A stretch of DNA of 64,000 nucleotides from Patescibacteria group bacterium UBA6201 (GCA_002422025.1 DISV01000005.1:51617-115616); one strand, 5' to 3'. Positions 39,847 to 49,238 are shown, counted from the first letter of the stretch. The notes: a model not told the origin generated them from the letters alone. Numbers and translations: made by a program.

Positions 39847-40184
39847 AGAGCTAAAGCTCTCTAAATAACGTGACCTCAGACTGACCCTTCTAGATAAAGA
39901 ATCGGCTCCGCCGATACATGCCTTTATGTTGCCTTACTCCACGAATAAAATTCGCTGAATGAGGCAACATCTAGTAAGAACACCCTCTAGGTCCATTGGC
40001 CTAGAGGGACCAGGTGTTCTTGCTAGCTAAGGAATTGCCCACCGGCAAGTTCATAATTTCATGTTACGAGCATACGGAGGCTGAGGCCTCCGTATGCTCG
40101 TAACATAGCTAGTAAAAACGTTTTTTTTGTTATTTTCTTAATTCTCAGCACAAAAAATTAGAGTAATTAATCAACATCTAGTAA
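39832..40184. repeat. Cluster of hairpins delimited by CTAG
   Basis: Perfect stems 39832-39875 (20 bp) and 40061-40106 (21 bp); CAACATCTAGTAA at 39965 and 40172. Confidence 0.7.
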
Positions 40185-40193
40185 AATAGTAGG

Positions 40194-41510
40194 GTGATAG
40201 TAGCCAAACCCCTCAAATATTTTGTAGCTTTTATAATCGGTGCTCTTATTTTGCCCGGGCTATTCTTTATGATGCCGACCGTCAATGCGCAAACTGAAAC
40301 TGAGCGCTTACAGGCAGAGATTAAGGAAAGAAACGCTAGGCTTTCAGAGATTGAAAAGGAGATTGCTGGTTACGAAGCTGAACTACAGAAAGTTGGTGCA
40401 GAAAAGAGTACTCTCCAGAGTGCCATCAATCAATTGGAATTAGAGCGGAAGAAAATCCAGGCTGATATTACTTACACTCAAAATAAAATAGACAATACTG
40501 ATCTTGAGATAAACAAATTGTCCTTGGAGATAGGTGATACTAGTGACAGTATTGGCAAGACTGCGGCAGCGGTAGGGGAGATTCTTCGTACAGTGGATCA
40601 AAATGATAGTGAGTCATTGATTGAACTTTTTCTTCGAAACGAGAATCTGTCTGAATTTTGGAATGAAGTCGCGAGCTTAGAGAGCGTGCGAACCGTAATG
40701 AATGACCGAGTCTATGAGTTGACTGTGCTCAAAAGTTCTCTCGAAGGGAAAGTGGGAGAAGAGACAATGAAGCGCAGCGAACTAATGTCTTTAAAAAACC
40801 AATATTCTGGGCAGCAAGAAATTTTGGATAGTAACCGTAGACAAAAGAGTGATCTCCTAACTGCCACTAAGAACGAAGAGGCAGAATATCAAAAGATTTT
40901 GAGTGATAAAAAGGCGGCTCGTGATAAGTTGATAAAAGAAGTTCAATCTATTGAGTCTGAGCTCCAGTTTATGTTGGATCCCAACTCTATTCCGGTTAAA
41001 GGCAGTTCCGTCTTTCAGTGGCCACTTGAAAACATTGTGATCACTCAGTACTTTGGTTACACCAAATTTGCTCTTCAGAACCAAGGTGTCTACAAAAACA
41101 ATATGCATAATGGAATTGACCTCGGTGCCCCGACCGGTACTAAGATCTTTGCGCCACTTGGTGGAACGGTACGCATGACCGCCAATACCGACTTGGTACC
41201 AGGTTGTTATTCTTGGGGACAATGGGCTTTGGTGGACCACCCAAATGGTCTTTCTACGCTCTATGCTCACATGAGCAACACTTCAGTCTCTCCCGGACAA
41301 AAATTGAATACAGGGGACCTGATTGGCTTTGTGGGAGCTACTGGCTATGCTACCGGCCCCCATCTTCACTTTACCGTTTACGCCAGTGCAGCGGTTGAAA
41401 TTAAGAGCTTCAATCAATTCAAGGCGGTTACAGGCTGTGGAGCAGCCCTTTCACCATTCTCTGCGGTCGAAGGTTATCTAAACCCTATAGACTACCTGCC
41501 AGCATCATAG
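40194..41510 (+). CDS. Coiled-coil + M23 peptidase (murein hydrolase/activator)
   Basis: Signal peptide, long coiled coil, HNGID, TLYAHM, TGPHLHF. Confidence 0.92.
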   Translation: MIVAKPLKYFVAFIIGALILPGLFFMMPTVNAQTETERLQAEIKERNARLSEIEKEIAGYEAELQKVGAEKSTLQSAINQLELERKKIQADITYTQNKIDNTDLEINKLSLEIGDTSDSIGKTAAAVGEILRTVDQNDSESLIELFLRNENLSEFWNEVASLESVRTVMNDRVYELTVLKSSLEGKVGEETMKRSELMSLKNQYSGQQEILDSNRRQKSDLLTATKNEEAEYQKILSDKKAARDKLIKEVQSIESELQFMLDPNSIPVKGSSVFQWPLENIVITQYFGYTKFALQNQGVYKNNMHNGIDLGAPTGTKIFAPLGGTVRMTANTDLVPGCYSWGQWALVDHPNGLSTLYAHMSNTSVSPGQKLNTGDLIGFVGATGYATGPHLHFTVYASAAVEIKSFNQFKAVTGCGAALSPFSAVEGYLNPIDYLPAS

Positions 41511-41685
41511 AAAAACTGACTAATAGCCCCATTTTGCTTAGTTTGTAAGAAATACTCATCTTATACGTCATCGGACCAAGGTGAGTATATTTACGAAGTA
41601 TTAGTGGTATTAGTCTCACTTGGGGGCATTGGGGCCTAACATGCAACTCTGACAAGAGTTCACAAGAAACGAATAGGAAGCGGAA

Positions 41686-41865
41686 ATGAAAGATGATGTG
41701 GGGACACCAATCGTGAAATCTTCTAATGAGCCTGTTGCGGAAAATCACGACTCCATTCAACTTACAGTTTGGTCATACTTGGGTTTCTTTCTACTCTGTC
41801 TGGTCGTTCTTACGGTCGACAAATGGTATGGGCCAGTTTCAGGTTTGATCTACAGCCAATTCTAA
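41686..41865 (+). CDS. Small single-TM hypothetical protein (59 aa)
   Basis: Not in track: MKDDVGTP...VWSYLGFFLLCLVVLTVDKWYG...; AGGAAG upstream; GC hairpin plus T tract at 41896-41920. Confidence 0.55.
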   Translation: MKDDVGTPIVKSSNEPVAENHDSIQLTVWSYLGFFLLCLVVLTVDKWYGPVSGLIYSQF

Positions 41866-42180
41866 ACTCGTCAACAGAACCACAGTGAAGCATCACGTCG
41901 GCCATTCGGGCCGGCGTTTTATTGTCGCTTCTCTAACATATCTGCATCCTTGGCTTCCAGATTAATTAATGTATCTACAAAAAGTTGTCCCACTTCATTA
42001 TTTAGGATACTTGATAAGGACACCCCTACTTCCACACCCTCATGAAGACAGGAGTAGGGAAGTCAGACACTTTTTCATTCTGAGATTTCCATTTTAAATT
42101 TTCATGGCTCCCCTACCGCTCAGCAGGGGAGAGGGCTGGCTACCCCACATCTGTTTAAAAATTTTTACAAACTGATTAAG

Positions 42181-42224
42181 AACATGCGCATAATTTTTTC
42201 AGAAGAAAAAATTATGCGCATGTT
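42181..42224. repeat. Perfect 20-bp inverted repeat upstream of xer
   Basis: AACATGCGCATAATTTTTTC-agaa-GAAAAAATTATGCGCATGTT. Confidence 0.8.
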
Positions 42225-42437
42225 GGAGTAGGGGACATAAATTAAACAAAACTGAACAATCAAATCCAAATTAAGCACCTGTGGATAACTTTGCTGGCTG
42301 TGGTGTAATATTGCTAGTATTATTCTCTTTACGTACATTGTACGAATAATACAGTATTGATATTCCTACATATATTACTCACTTCCGGGCTCTGTGCCCT
42401 ACACTAACCTACTCTTATTTAAGTTAAAATTTAATGT

Positions 42438-43424
42438 ATGCGATTACGTAAGAGCGATGACCCGATCACTTACTATCTAGTCCCCTTTCTAGAATATTGT
42501 GAAATTGAAAAAGGCCTTTCTGATAATACTCAAAGAAATTACGAACAATACCTTAAGTTGTTCATACATTGGCTTAATGTCGCCAATTTGAATGATTTAA
42601 AGCCTCATGAGATAACCCCGGAGCATATTTGGGATTATCGACTGTTTTTATCACGCAAATACAAAAGTCGCCGTAATTTGCCCCTGTCCAAGAAATCTCA
42701 GAACTACTACTTAATAGCCCTACGCTCACTACTCGATTTTTTTGCCGAAAAGGACCTAGAGTCACTACCGTCAGCCAAAATTAAGCTTGCCAAACAAAAA
42801 GATGACCATACGGTCGCGTTCTTGGATGTTAATGACATAGAAAAGATGGTTAAGGTACCTAATGTCAGTAAGCCAGGTGGTTTACGCGACCGAGCCATTA
42901 TGGAATTATTTTTTTCGTCTGGTTTGCGTATCGCAGAGCTTTGCAAACTCGATCTTGATCAGATGTCGATGCTAAAAGATAATGATGAAACTCGTACGTA
43001 TGAGTTGTCAGTCGTTGGAAAAGGTCGGCATGTTCGCACAATATTTATCTCACCCCGAGCAGCTGGCTGGCTCCGTGAATACATAAAAACAAGACGTGAC
43101 GTCTGGAAGCCTCTTTTTATCAATTATCGAACCCGTCCAAATCCTAATGGTATTGAGACTGAAAGACGTCTCACTCCCCGTTCGATTCAAAGTATGATAG
43201 CTAAGTCGGCGATTATGGCCGGGTTATCAAAAAAAGTCACTCCACACACCCTTCGCCACACCTTTGCTACCGATCTTTTATCCCGTGGTGCTGACTTGCG
43301 TAGCGTCCAGGAGCTTTTAGGTCACCAAAACGTCTCCACGACTCAGATATATACTCACGTCACCAACAAACAGTTACGGGACATCCACGAGCGTTTCCAT
43401 GGTGGTAATGAGAATAAAAAATAA
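42438..43424 (+). CDS. Tyrosine recombinase XerC/XerD family
   Basis: EKGLSDNT, RDRAIMELFFSSGLRIAEL, GKG, HTLRHTFAT, LLGH, TQIYTHV. Confidence 0.95.
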   Translation: MRLRKSDDPITYYLVPFLEYCEIEKGLSDNTQRNYEQYLKLFIHWLNVANLNDLKPHEITPEHIWDYRLFLSRKYKSRRNLPLSKKSQNYYLIALRSLLDFFAEKDLESLPSAKIKLAKQKDDHTVAFLDVNDIEKMVKVPNVSKPGGLRDRAIMELFFSSGLRIAELCKLDLDQMSMLKDNDETRTYELSVVGKGRHVRTIFISPRAAGWLREYIKTRRDVWKPLFINYRTRPNPNGIETERRLTPRSIQSMIAKSAIMAGLSKKVTPHTLRHTFATDLLSRGADLRSVQELLGHQNVSTTQIYTHVTNKQLRDIHERFHGGNENKK

Positions 43425-43456
43425 AATAAAAACTCCCTACGGGAGTTTTTATTTTG
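43424..43456. terminator. Bidirectional terminator
   Basis: AAAATAAAAACTCCC-tac-GGGAGTTTTTATTTT. Confidence 0.75.
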
Positions 43457-43480
43457 AATTAAATTTAGTTAAGGACAGTA

Positions 43481-43594
43481 TTAGCCTTCGCAACTTACGC
43501 AAGTTGATTCACCGGCAAAATGAACGCGAGGTTTAGCGGATGCTCCGCCTTCAACTGCTGGTAAGTTAAAATCAAATTCGTTGTTGTTTTGCAT
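43481..43594 (-). CDS. 37-aa peptide ending in CxxCEG
   Basis: Not in track: MQNNNEFDFNLPAVEGGASAKPRVHFAGESTCVSCEG*; TGCTAAAAT extended -10 lies 7 nt before ATG; terminator downstream. Confidence 0.7.
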   Translation of the reverse strand: MQNNNEFDFNLPAVEGGASAKPRVHFAGESTCVSCEG

Positions 43595-43833
43595 GTCTAC
43601 TATTTTAGCATTTTCACCCCAGACCTAGGTGTGCATAACTCATCTTCGGTAGCTGTGGCTCAAAATAAAGATTTATTTTACCTTCCTACCCTACCAAACT
43701 TGACTTATTAAACTTTCGTGTTATTAGCTTCAGGTCAGAAATTTACCGTATTAGAAAAACGCGGACCTTCGGCCCACGCTTTTCTTTGAGTCATAATTTC
43801 TATCGTTCTGTCGTACTAGTTAATAATTATTGT

Positions 43834-44721
43834 TTACGGAGTCATGGTCAAGCTTCTACGGATTTGGTCGAAGATAGCAATAAGGTCGTCACGATTAAAT
43901 TCAGTGACTGTTCCCTCTTCGTAGTTCTCTAGTACGGTGTAGTGGATGAAGTAGCGGACTGCGAGGCAAGGGTTACTGCCTGGGATAGCGTAGACCATCT
44001 CCTCGTAACGATTGCCTGCACCAGCGTCGCTAGTGGTAGCAAATGAATAGAGTTGTCCGTTGTCGGTCACTGTTGATGTGGCGGCACCTTCAGGTACGAA
44101 GAGCGAGGCCGAACAAGTGGTTATATCAGGCATGGTTTCAATCGCCACGAATGAGTCAGCGCTCAAGTTGGTTCCGGTAGCCATAGATTCAGGAATAGTG
44201 AATCTGACTCCTTCAATCTCTACCCCATCGCCGAGATCATTGTAGGTGTACTCTTCGTCCAAAATAAAATCATTTGGATACTGAACGGTTAGATTAAGTT
44301 CTGTGTCGGTAAATGTTTTTTGGTTGGCCACACCTGGGTTGTTGATGGCGAACTCGGCACTTCTTCGAGAACCAATAGTTAATACATAAGTGCCAGGATT
44401 AATAACCGCTGGTACTGTATAAGAGTATGAACCAGTGTTTGGCACATCATATACGCGATCAATCACACTAACTGAGGCTCCTTGAGATTCAAGACTTGTG
44501 TCTATTAAAAATATTTGGGTCTTTGTGTTTGAATCAAGGTTGGTCCAACGTAAAGTATAAGTTTCCCCAGCGGACAGTGTGTCGGCCGCTGTTGGGTAAG
44601 TAATTGCACCTGGGTCTTCATCAGCCTCCTTACTACTAAATGGTGGTAGGCCTAGGAAGGCCAACATAGCTACGATGACAATAATAACGGCTAAAACTGC
44701 TGCGGCGATTATAGGTTTCAT
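43834..44721 (-). CDS. Membrane-anchored hypothetical protein
   Basis: N-terminal TM, beta-rich extracellular region with two Cys. Confidence 0.7.
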   Translation of the reverse strand: MKPIIAAAVLAVIIVIVAMLAFLGLPPFSSKEADEDPGAITYPTAADTLSAGETYTLRWTNLDSNTKTQIFLIDTSLESQGASVSVIDRVYDVPNTGSYSYTVPAVINPGTYVLTIGSRRSAEFAINNPGVANQKTFTDTELNLTVQYPNDFILDEEYTYNDLGDGVEIEGVRFTIPESMATGTNLSADSFVAIETMPDITTCSASLFVPEGAATSTVTDNGQLYSFATTSDAGAGNRYEEMVYAIPGSNPCLAVRYFIHYTVLENYEEGTVTEFNRDDLIAIFDQIRRSLTMTP

Positions 44722-44750
44722 ATATGGACTAAGGCTAGACTAACAATTTC

Positions 44751-45569
44751 TCAAAGCATTACCCCACCCAAGAGTTCTTGAATAATTTGATCATAGTCGG
44801 GACGGTGCAAAGTGAGCAAAATGGAGCGGGTACTTCCCTGTCCTAGGCGAGATTCGATTTCGGTGTGTTCTCTTATATAGTACGCAAGTTTATGAGGAAT
44901 AATTTCATCTTGAGAAAGAATTGTAAGGCTTTGGTTGAAGTGAGCACGAAGATCTTCTTTTAGTCTTGTGTAGTGGGTGCAGCCGAGGATGACAGTGTCG
45001 AAAGGATGTTTTGCTCTCTCATCCGTTATGGTCTCTATCGCTCTCTCCAGAGCCTCAGTACTATCTCCGCTTTCTATTAAAGGGACCAGTCTGGGTGTGG
45101 CGACTGAATAGAGTTTAATCTCGCGTGTTGAGCGATTATGAAGCTCCAGAGCGTACTTTCCTGACTCGACAGTACGCTTAGTGGCAATGAGGAGAGTATT
45201 AGTACTGCCTTGATCGATTACTGCTTCCACGGTCGGGATAACGACGCCAAGAATACGTCGGTCAGGATAATTGTCTTTAAGGAACCCGTCTTGAAGCCGA
45301 CGTAGTGTTTCAGAGGATGCAGTGTTGCAGGCAATAATGACGAGTAGACAACCTTTCTTGAATAGTTCCTCTACACCAGTCTTGGTGTAGGTAAATATTT
45401 CCTCCTCGGTCTTATCACCAAGCGGTAGGTTGGCCGTGTCGCCATAAAAAACATAGTCGTATTGTGGCAGTTCTTTAGTTACAGCTTTTAAAATAGTCAG
45501 GCCACCAAGACCAGAATCGAAGAAACCGATCTTTCCTTCCTTATGCACATCTAGAGTTCTGTCATTCAT
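44751..45569 (-). CDS. murI: Glutamate racemase
   Basis: IGFFDSGLGGL, IACNTAS, ILGCTHY. Confidence 0.96.
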   Translation of the reverse strand: MNDRTLDVHKEGKIGFFDSGLGGLTILKAVTKELPQYDYVFYGDTANLPLGDKTEEEIFTYTKTGVEELFKKGCLLVIIACNTASSETLRRLQDGFLKDNYPDRRILGVVIPTVEAVIDQGSTNTLLIATKRTVESGKYALELHNRSTREIKLYSVATPRLVPLIESGDSTEALERAIETITDERAKHPFDTVILGCTHYTRLKEDLRAHFNQSLTILSQDEIIPHKLAYYIREHTEIESRLGQGSTRSILLTLHRPDYDQIIQELLGGVML

Positions 45570-45656
45570 AAATACAGTATAATAGGTTTAGAAGTAGCAT
45601 TATAAACACGGCTATGTTAATTAACTAGCTGCCTAACTAAAAGGTTTAAATTTATT

Positions 45657-46046
45657 ATGGACTTTATAGACAAAATTCTACGTGCCCACGGTGCAATGGT
45701 GGGTCGGATGCTTATCGGTTTACTATTCGTGTTTTCAGGAATAGGAATCGTGTTGAATGGAGTGGATGGATTTGTGGCGATGATAGAGACCCGTGGTTTA
45801 CCGATGGCTTCCCTACTCGCTTGGGTAGTGGTTCTTATAAAAATCGTTGCCGGTGGCGCACTAATGTTGGGTTACAAGACCAAGGAGGCTACTTTAGCAC
45901 TCTTGGTTTTCACTATTCTTGCAACCGTCCTCTACCATATGAATTTGGACGATATTAACTTGTTTAAGAACTTGGCAATTGTGGGTGGGTTGTTGTATGT
46001 GTATATCTATGGCCCAGGACCAGGCTGGAAATTAAAGACTTCCTAA
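45657..46046 (+). CDS. DoxX family membrane protein
   Basis: GRMLIGLLFVFSG, KNLAIVGGLL..GPG. Confidence 0.88.
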   Translation: MDFIDKILRAHGAMVGRMLIGLLFVFSGIGIVLNGVDGFVAMIETRGLPMASLLAWVVVLIKIVAGGALMLGYKTKEATLALLVFTILATVLYHMNLDDINLFKNLAIVGGLLYVYIYGPGPGWKLKTS

Positions 46047-46049
46047 AAA

Positions 46050-46172
46050 ACTTTCTTAAAATCGGCACATACGCACCAGTTTCAGAATTTTCCTCGGTCG
46101 TCGTAGATGGACCTACGCTTCTCTCGTAAAATTCTTCCAACTGGCACGTCTGCACACGATTTGAAAAAAGTC
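46050..46172. repeat. Long bulged hairpin with apical CGTAG/CTACG stem
   Basis: Paired blocks ACTTT/AAAGT, AAATCG/CGATTT, CCAGTT/AACTGG, AGAATTTT/AAAATTCT, CGTAG/CTACG. Confidence 0.65.
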
Positions 46173-46241
46173 TGGACGAGAAGAAAATTGTACACCATAA
46201 ACAAAAGGCCGCCCTTACGGGCGGCCTTTTGTTTATGGTGT

Positions 46242-46676
46242 TTAACCATTGTATGCGACAGTATTTCCCCAGCAAGACCGGGAAGCATTCCATGGCTGTG
46301 TACCCTGCTTCTCATAGAGAATTCGGGCATAAGCTAGGTTGTCGTGTATGTTTTCAAGATCGAGACCAAGCTTTAAAGCTGTGGACTCGTGATAGCGTTT
46401 ATTGATTTGCATTACGCCGGTGTCGGCGGAATCAACTTTTCCTCTTAGGACTGATCCATCAGATAGGTCGTGGCGGAACATTGATTCACAACGTGCTACC
46501 TGGACCATGACTGGAATGTCCTTAAAGTACTCGCGGACGATACCTTCGGTATCGGAAATGGCTACTTTCTCCGCTACAACCGTCTCTTCGGTAATCTGGC
46601 CATAAGCAATCGGTGTTGTACTGATCGAAGCTGCTCCAGAGACCGCAATGACGGCCGTCAGAAATGTGGATAAAAT
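46242..46676 (-). CDS. Lysozyme-like/lytic transglycosylase domain protein (start uncertain)
   Basis: ARCES, DTGVMQIN, GTQPW..S..CW; frame open upstream of ATG 46508 to 46688 with a signal-like N-terminus. Confidence 0.75.
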   Translation of the reverse strand: MLSTFLTAVIAVSGAASISTTPIAYGQITEETVVAEKVAISDTEGIVREYFKDIPVMVQVARCESMFRHDLSDGSVLRGKVDSADTGVMQINKRYHESTALKLGLDLENIHDNLAYARILYEKQGTQPWNASRSCWGNTVAYNG

Positions 46677-46708
46677 AAGCCCGAGGTCTTAGTTTTTAAT
46701 AGCCCGCG

Positions 46709-46830
46709 CAAAGGGCTGAAAATTGCGAATTACTTTGTCGAACTTCGCGAAGTATGGCTCACTGTACACTTGTACCATTCGCCATACTTCACTTTGTTCT
46801 CCTTGTACTTCATCAATTTTCAGCCCTTTG
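46709..46830. repeat. Long hairpin with 17-bp terminal arms
   Basis: CAAAGGGCTGAAAATTG / CAATTTTCAGCCCTTTG; inner GAAGTATGGC/GCCATACTTC; apical GTAC-actt-GTAC. Confidence 0.75.
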
Positions 46831-47086
46831 AACTTTTGAAGGCCTGGCCACGAGAGTTTTAAGGCTCCGTACCAAAAAAACAGCCGTAGCTGTTTACCCG
46901 CATACAATAGCATAAAATGCACCCAAAATCAAATTATGCAACGAGTTACATTTTTGTAAATAGTAAAAAACCCTTATTTTGAGCCATTTATATAATATAA
47001 GAGGGTGCGGGTAGACAGGCCCGCACCCTATTTGTTGCCCTCAAACCACTAGACACAATGAGATCATTACCCGGAACTCTTTCGAC

Positions 47087-47290
47087 TCATCCGCGAGTCT
47101 CTTCGGGTGGACAATCTGGCGTATGGTGTGTTTTTAGGGTTTGAAACCGGCGGAAAGACCCATTTCGTAGTGTCTGTACCGTCATTTCATATTGATCGCC
47201 AGGAAAAATGAAGCCACTGCAGTGGTCACAGATATGCACCATATGAGCATATCTAACTTCTTGACGAAGTGTTCGATAACTATAGGCCAT
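47087..47290 (-). CDS. Small putative zinc-binding protein
   Basis: HICDHC..I.PGDQY...H..PDC; strong GAGGAGGTGA Shine-Dalgarno. Confidence 0.65.
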   Translation of the reverse strand: MAYSYRTLRQEVRYAHMVHICDHCSGFIFPGDQYEMTVQTLRNGSFRRFQTLKTHHTPDCPPEETRG

Positions 47291-47336
47291 GTTTCACCTC
47301 CTCTGGCTATCCTAGCACAAATCTATAGTTTGGACT

Positions 47337-48176
47337 TTAATCAGTCTGTCCCAAGAGGGCCATTGCGCCATAAAGTCCGCTGTCGTCCTTTAGTTTGGCA
47401 ACCTTTAGCTCTGGGACTGCGATGTCATCAGCTAAAACTAGTTCTGTATGACGTCTGATATTATCGAGCGGTATGGCAGGGTCCCCAGTAATCATTGATC
47501 CTCCAAGTACTATAGTGTCTGGTGACCAGTAGTAGATGGTGTTGCGTAGACCGTGTGCCAAGTAATTGGCCAACTGGTCCCAAATGGCGTCGTCTTGCGG
47601 AATGTCGTATGGCTTAGCACCAGTTCTCTCTTCGATAGCTGCGCCGGAGACTAGGTTCTCTAGGGTTGGTAAAATGTCGTCCCCCAAGATGGTGCGGTCT
47701 ATGTCGAGTATTTGTTTTCCTGGTTCGAAACCTAGGTGGTAGCTGTCAATTTTGCCGTTTTCTATTTTGGCTCCGCCCACTCCGGTTGAAATCGTGTGGT
47801 AGACCATAATGTCCGTACTCTTTCCTGCACCAAAATGAGCTTCACCTAAACCGGCGAGTGCCGCGTCGTTTTCAAGGCACACTTTGGTATTTAGTCTCTT
47901 GGCTAAAGTTTCGGCTAGTGGTTCCTCCATCCATTTTGAGAGTACATCATCGTGTGCGATGTATGTACGGTCTTCGCTCAGCATTCCTCGGACCGCGCCA
48001 CAGGCACCACGGATATTTGTTTTGGCAAGACTCTCAGCTGCCTCTACAATTTTTTCAATTCCTTCCTTAAAGTTGATTGGTGTTTTGAATTTAATCGGTT
48101 TTTCAAACGATTTCAAATCCTCCGAAACTGCTACTCTAGTATTTGTGCCACCAATGTCAAAAAGAATATAACTCAT
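47337..48176 (-). CDS. ROK family sugar kinase
   Basis: FDIGGTNTR, ENDAALAGLGEA..GAG, STGVGG, LGGS, GLYGA. Confidence 0.92.
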   Translation of the reverse strand: MSYILFDIGGTNTRVAVSEDLKSFEKPIKFKTPINFKEGIEKIVEAAESLAKTNIRGACGAVRGMLSEDRTYIAHDDVLSKWMEEPLAETLAKRLNTKVCLENDAALAGLGEAHFGAGKSTDIMVYHTISTGVGGAKIENGKIDSYHLGFEPGKQILDIDRTILGDDILPTLENLVSGAAIEERTGAKPYDIPQDDAIWDQLANYLAHGLRNTIYYWSPDTIVLGGSMITGDPAIPLDNIRRHTELVLADDIAVPELKVAKLKDDSGLYGAMALLGQTD

Positions 48177-48278
48177 GTTTAATTTTCAGTTGCTAGCTCT
48201 TAGGTTTTAGCATGTTAATCATAACACTTAACATACTTGAAACATTACGGTCACACTCACTCATCATTAAGTCTATTC

Positions 48279-49235
48279 CTATTCAACTATAGGACTTATT
48301 TCTTGGCCAAAGATATTGCTAATGTCCTTGCAATAACTCTCGATGTTATCTTTAAAGTATGGTGGATGGGCACGCTGAATTTGACCGATAAAGTGGTAGC
48401 AAGTAGCAAGAGCAGCGGCAAGGCCAGGTAACTCGGTAGTCAGACTACCTCCAACGGTTTCTTTGTTGGTGAGGGTTAATTCAATTTTTCTTCCCTCTTC
48501 ACCCCAGCCCAGCTCCTCCATGCCAACATAAATAAAAAGTTCACGCTCGTCAGGCACAATGGTCTTGGCGTGCTTGATCTCCTCTGGAGTAAAAAAGCGA
48601 GGTGAAAGTTTGGTGCCAAACAGCTCATCAAACTTAGTGCGGAGCATAGGTGCGATTAGGGTTATGTTTGGTGGCAGGACAAAAGTGAAACCATTAAAGT
48701 GCGCCAAATCTACCCCGACTTTATTGTTGGACTCAATATGTGAAAGTATTGCATGTGGGTCCTCCTTAGTCTTTGCGAGTATCATCGATATATAGGTAGA
48801 GGTGTTATAGGTGTATGGTTCGCGGTTCCGAGGAAAGACCCGGACGTGCTCCTTCTCCATAAAACTCCCAGCCGGCGCGTCTGTGTTATTTGTGAAAAGT
48901 ATTGATGGTATCTGGAGTTCTTCTAAACGCTTAGCAATATTAACCGAGTGCTTACTCCCCGAAGCTGAGATTAAAACTGCGCCATCTATCTCCCCCGCTC
49001 TTTCTATTACCTCTTCAAAATTAGTCTCATTAGCAAATACAGCATCCGTATCGCGAAAGATGATTCGTCCAGTAGATTCAGCATTTCCGCTTCCGATGAC
49101 CAATGGTCTTTTGAAAGAAACCTCTACCTCCGGAAGGGTAGCAGTTGAAAGCATTAATAGGGCGCCATCCACTACCACATCCAAGTCTGGAATATTATCC
49201 AGACTAAATTCTTTTAGGGTATCAAGCGGTGACAT
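48279..49235 (-). CDS. SIS-domain sugar isomerase-like protein
   Basis: VIGSGNA, LISASGS, EEIKHA; adjacent to ROK kinase. Confidence 0.65.
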   Translation of the reverse strand: MSPLDTLKEFSLDNIPDLDVVVDGALLMLSTATLPEVEVSFKRPLVIGSGNAESTGRIIFRDTDAVFANETNFEEVIERAGEIDGAVLISASGSKHSVNIAKRLEELQIPSILFTNNTDAPAGSFMEKEHVRVFPRNREPYTYNTSTYISMILAKTKEDPHAILSHIESNNKVGVDLAHFNGFTFVLPPNITLIAPMLRTKFDELFGTKLSPRFFTPEEIKHAKTIVPDERELFIYVGMEELGWGEEGRKIELTLTNKETVGGSLTTELPGLAAALATCYHFIGQIQRAHPPYFKDNIESYCKDISNIFGQEISPIVE

Positions 49236-49238
49236 AAT

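Noticed and set aside
42438-43424. Integron integrase or prophage integrase
   Set aside because: Motifs and length fit chromosomal XerC/D. I see no IntI-specific insertion, adjacent cassette array or phage genes.
46689-46922. 77-aa minus-strand ORF as a gene
   Set aside because: Spans a long palindrome and has no protein-like features; more likely leader or repeat DNA.
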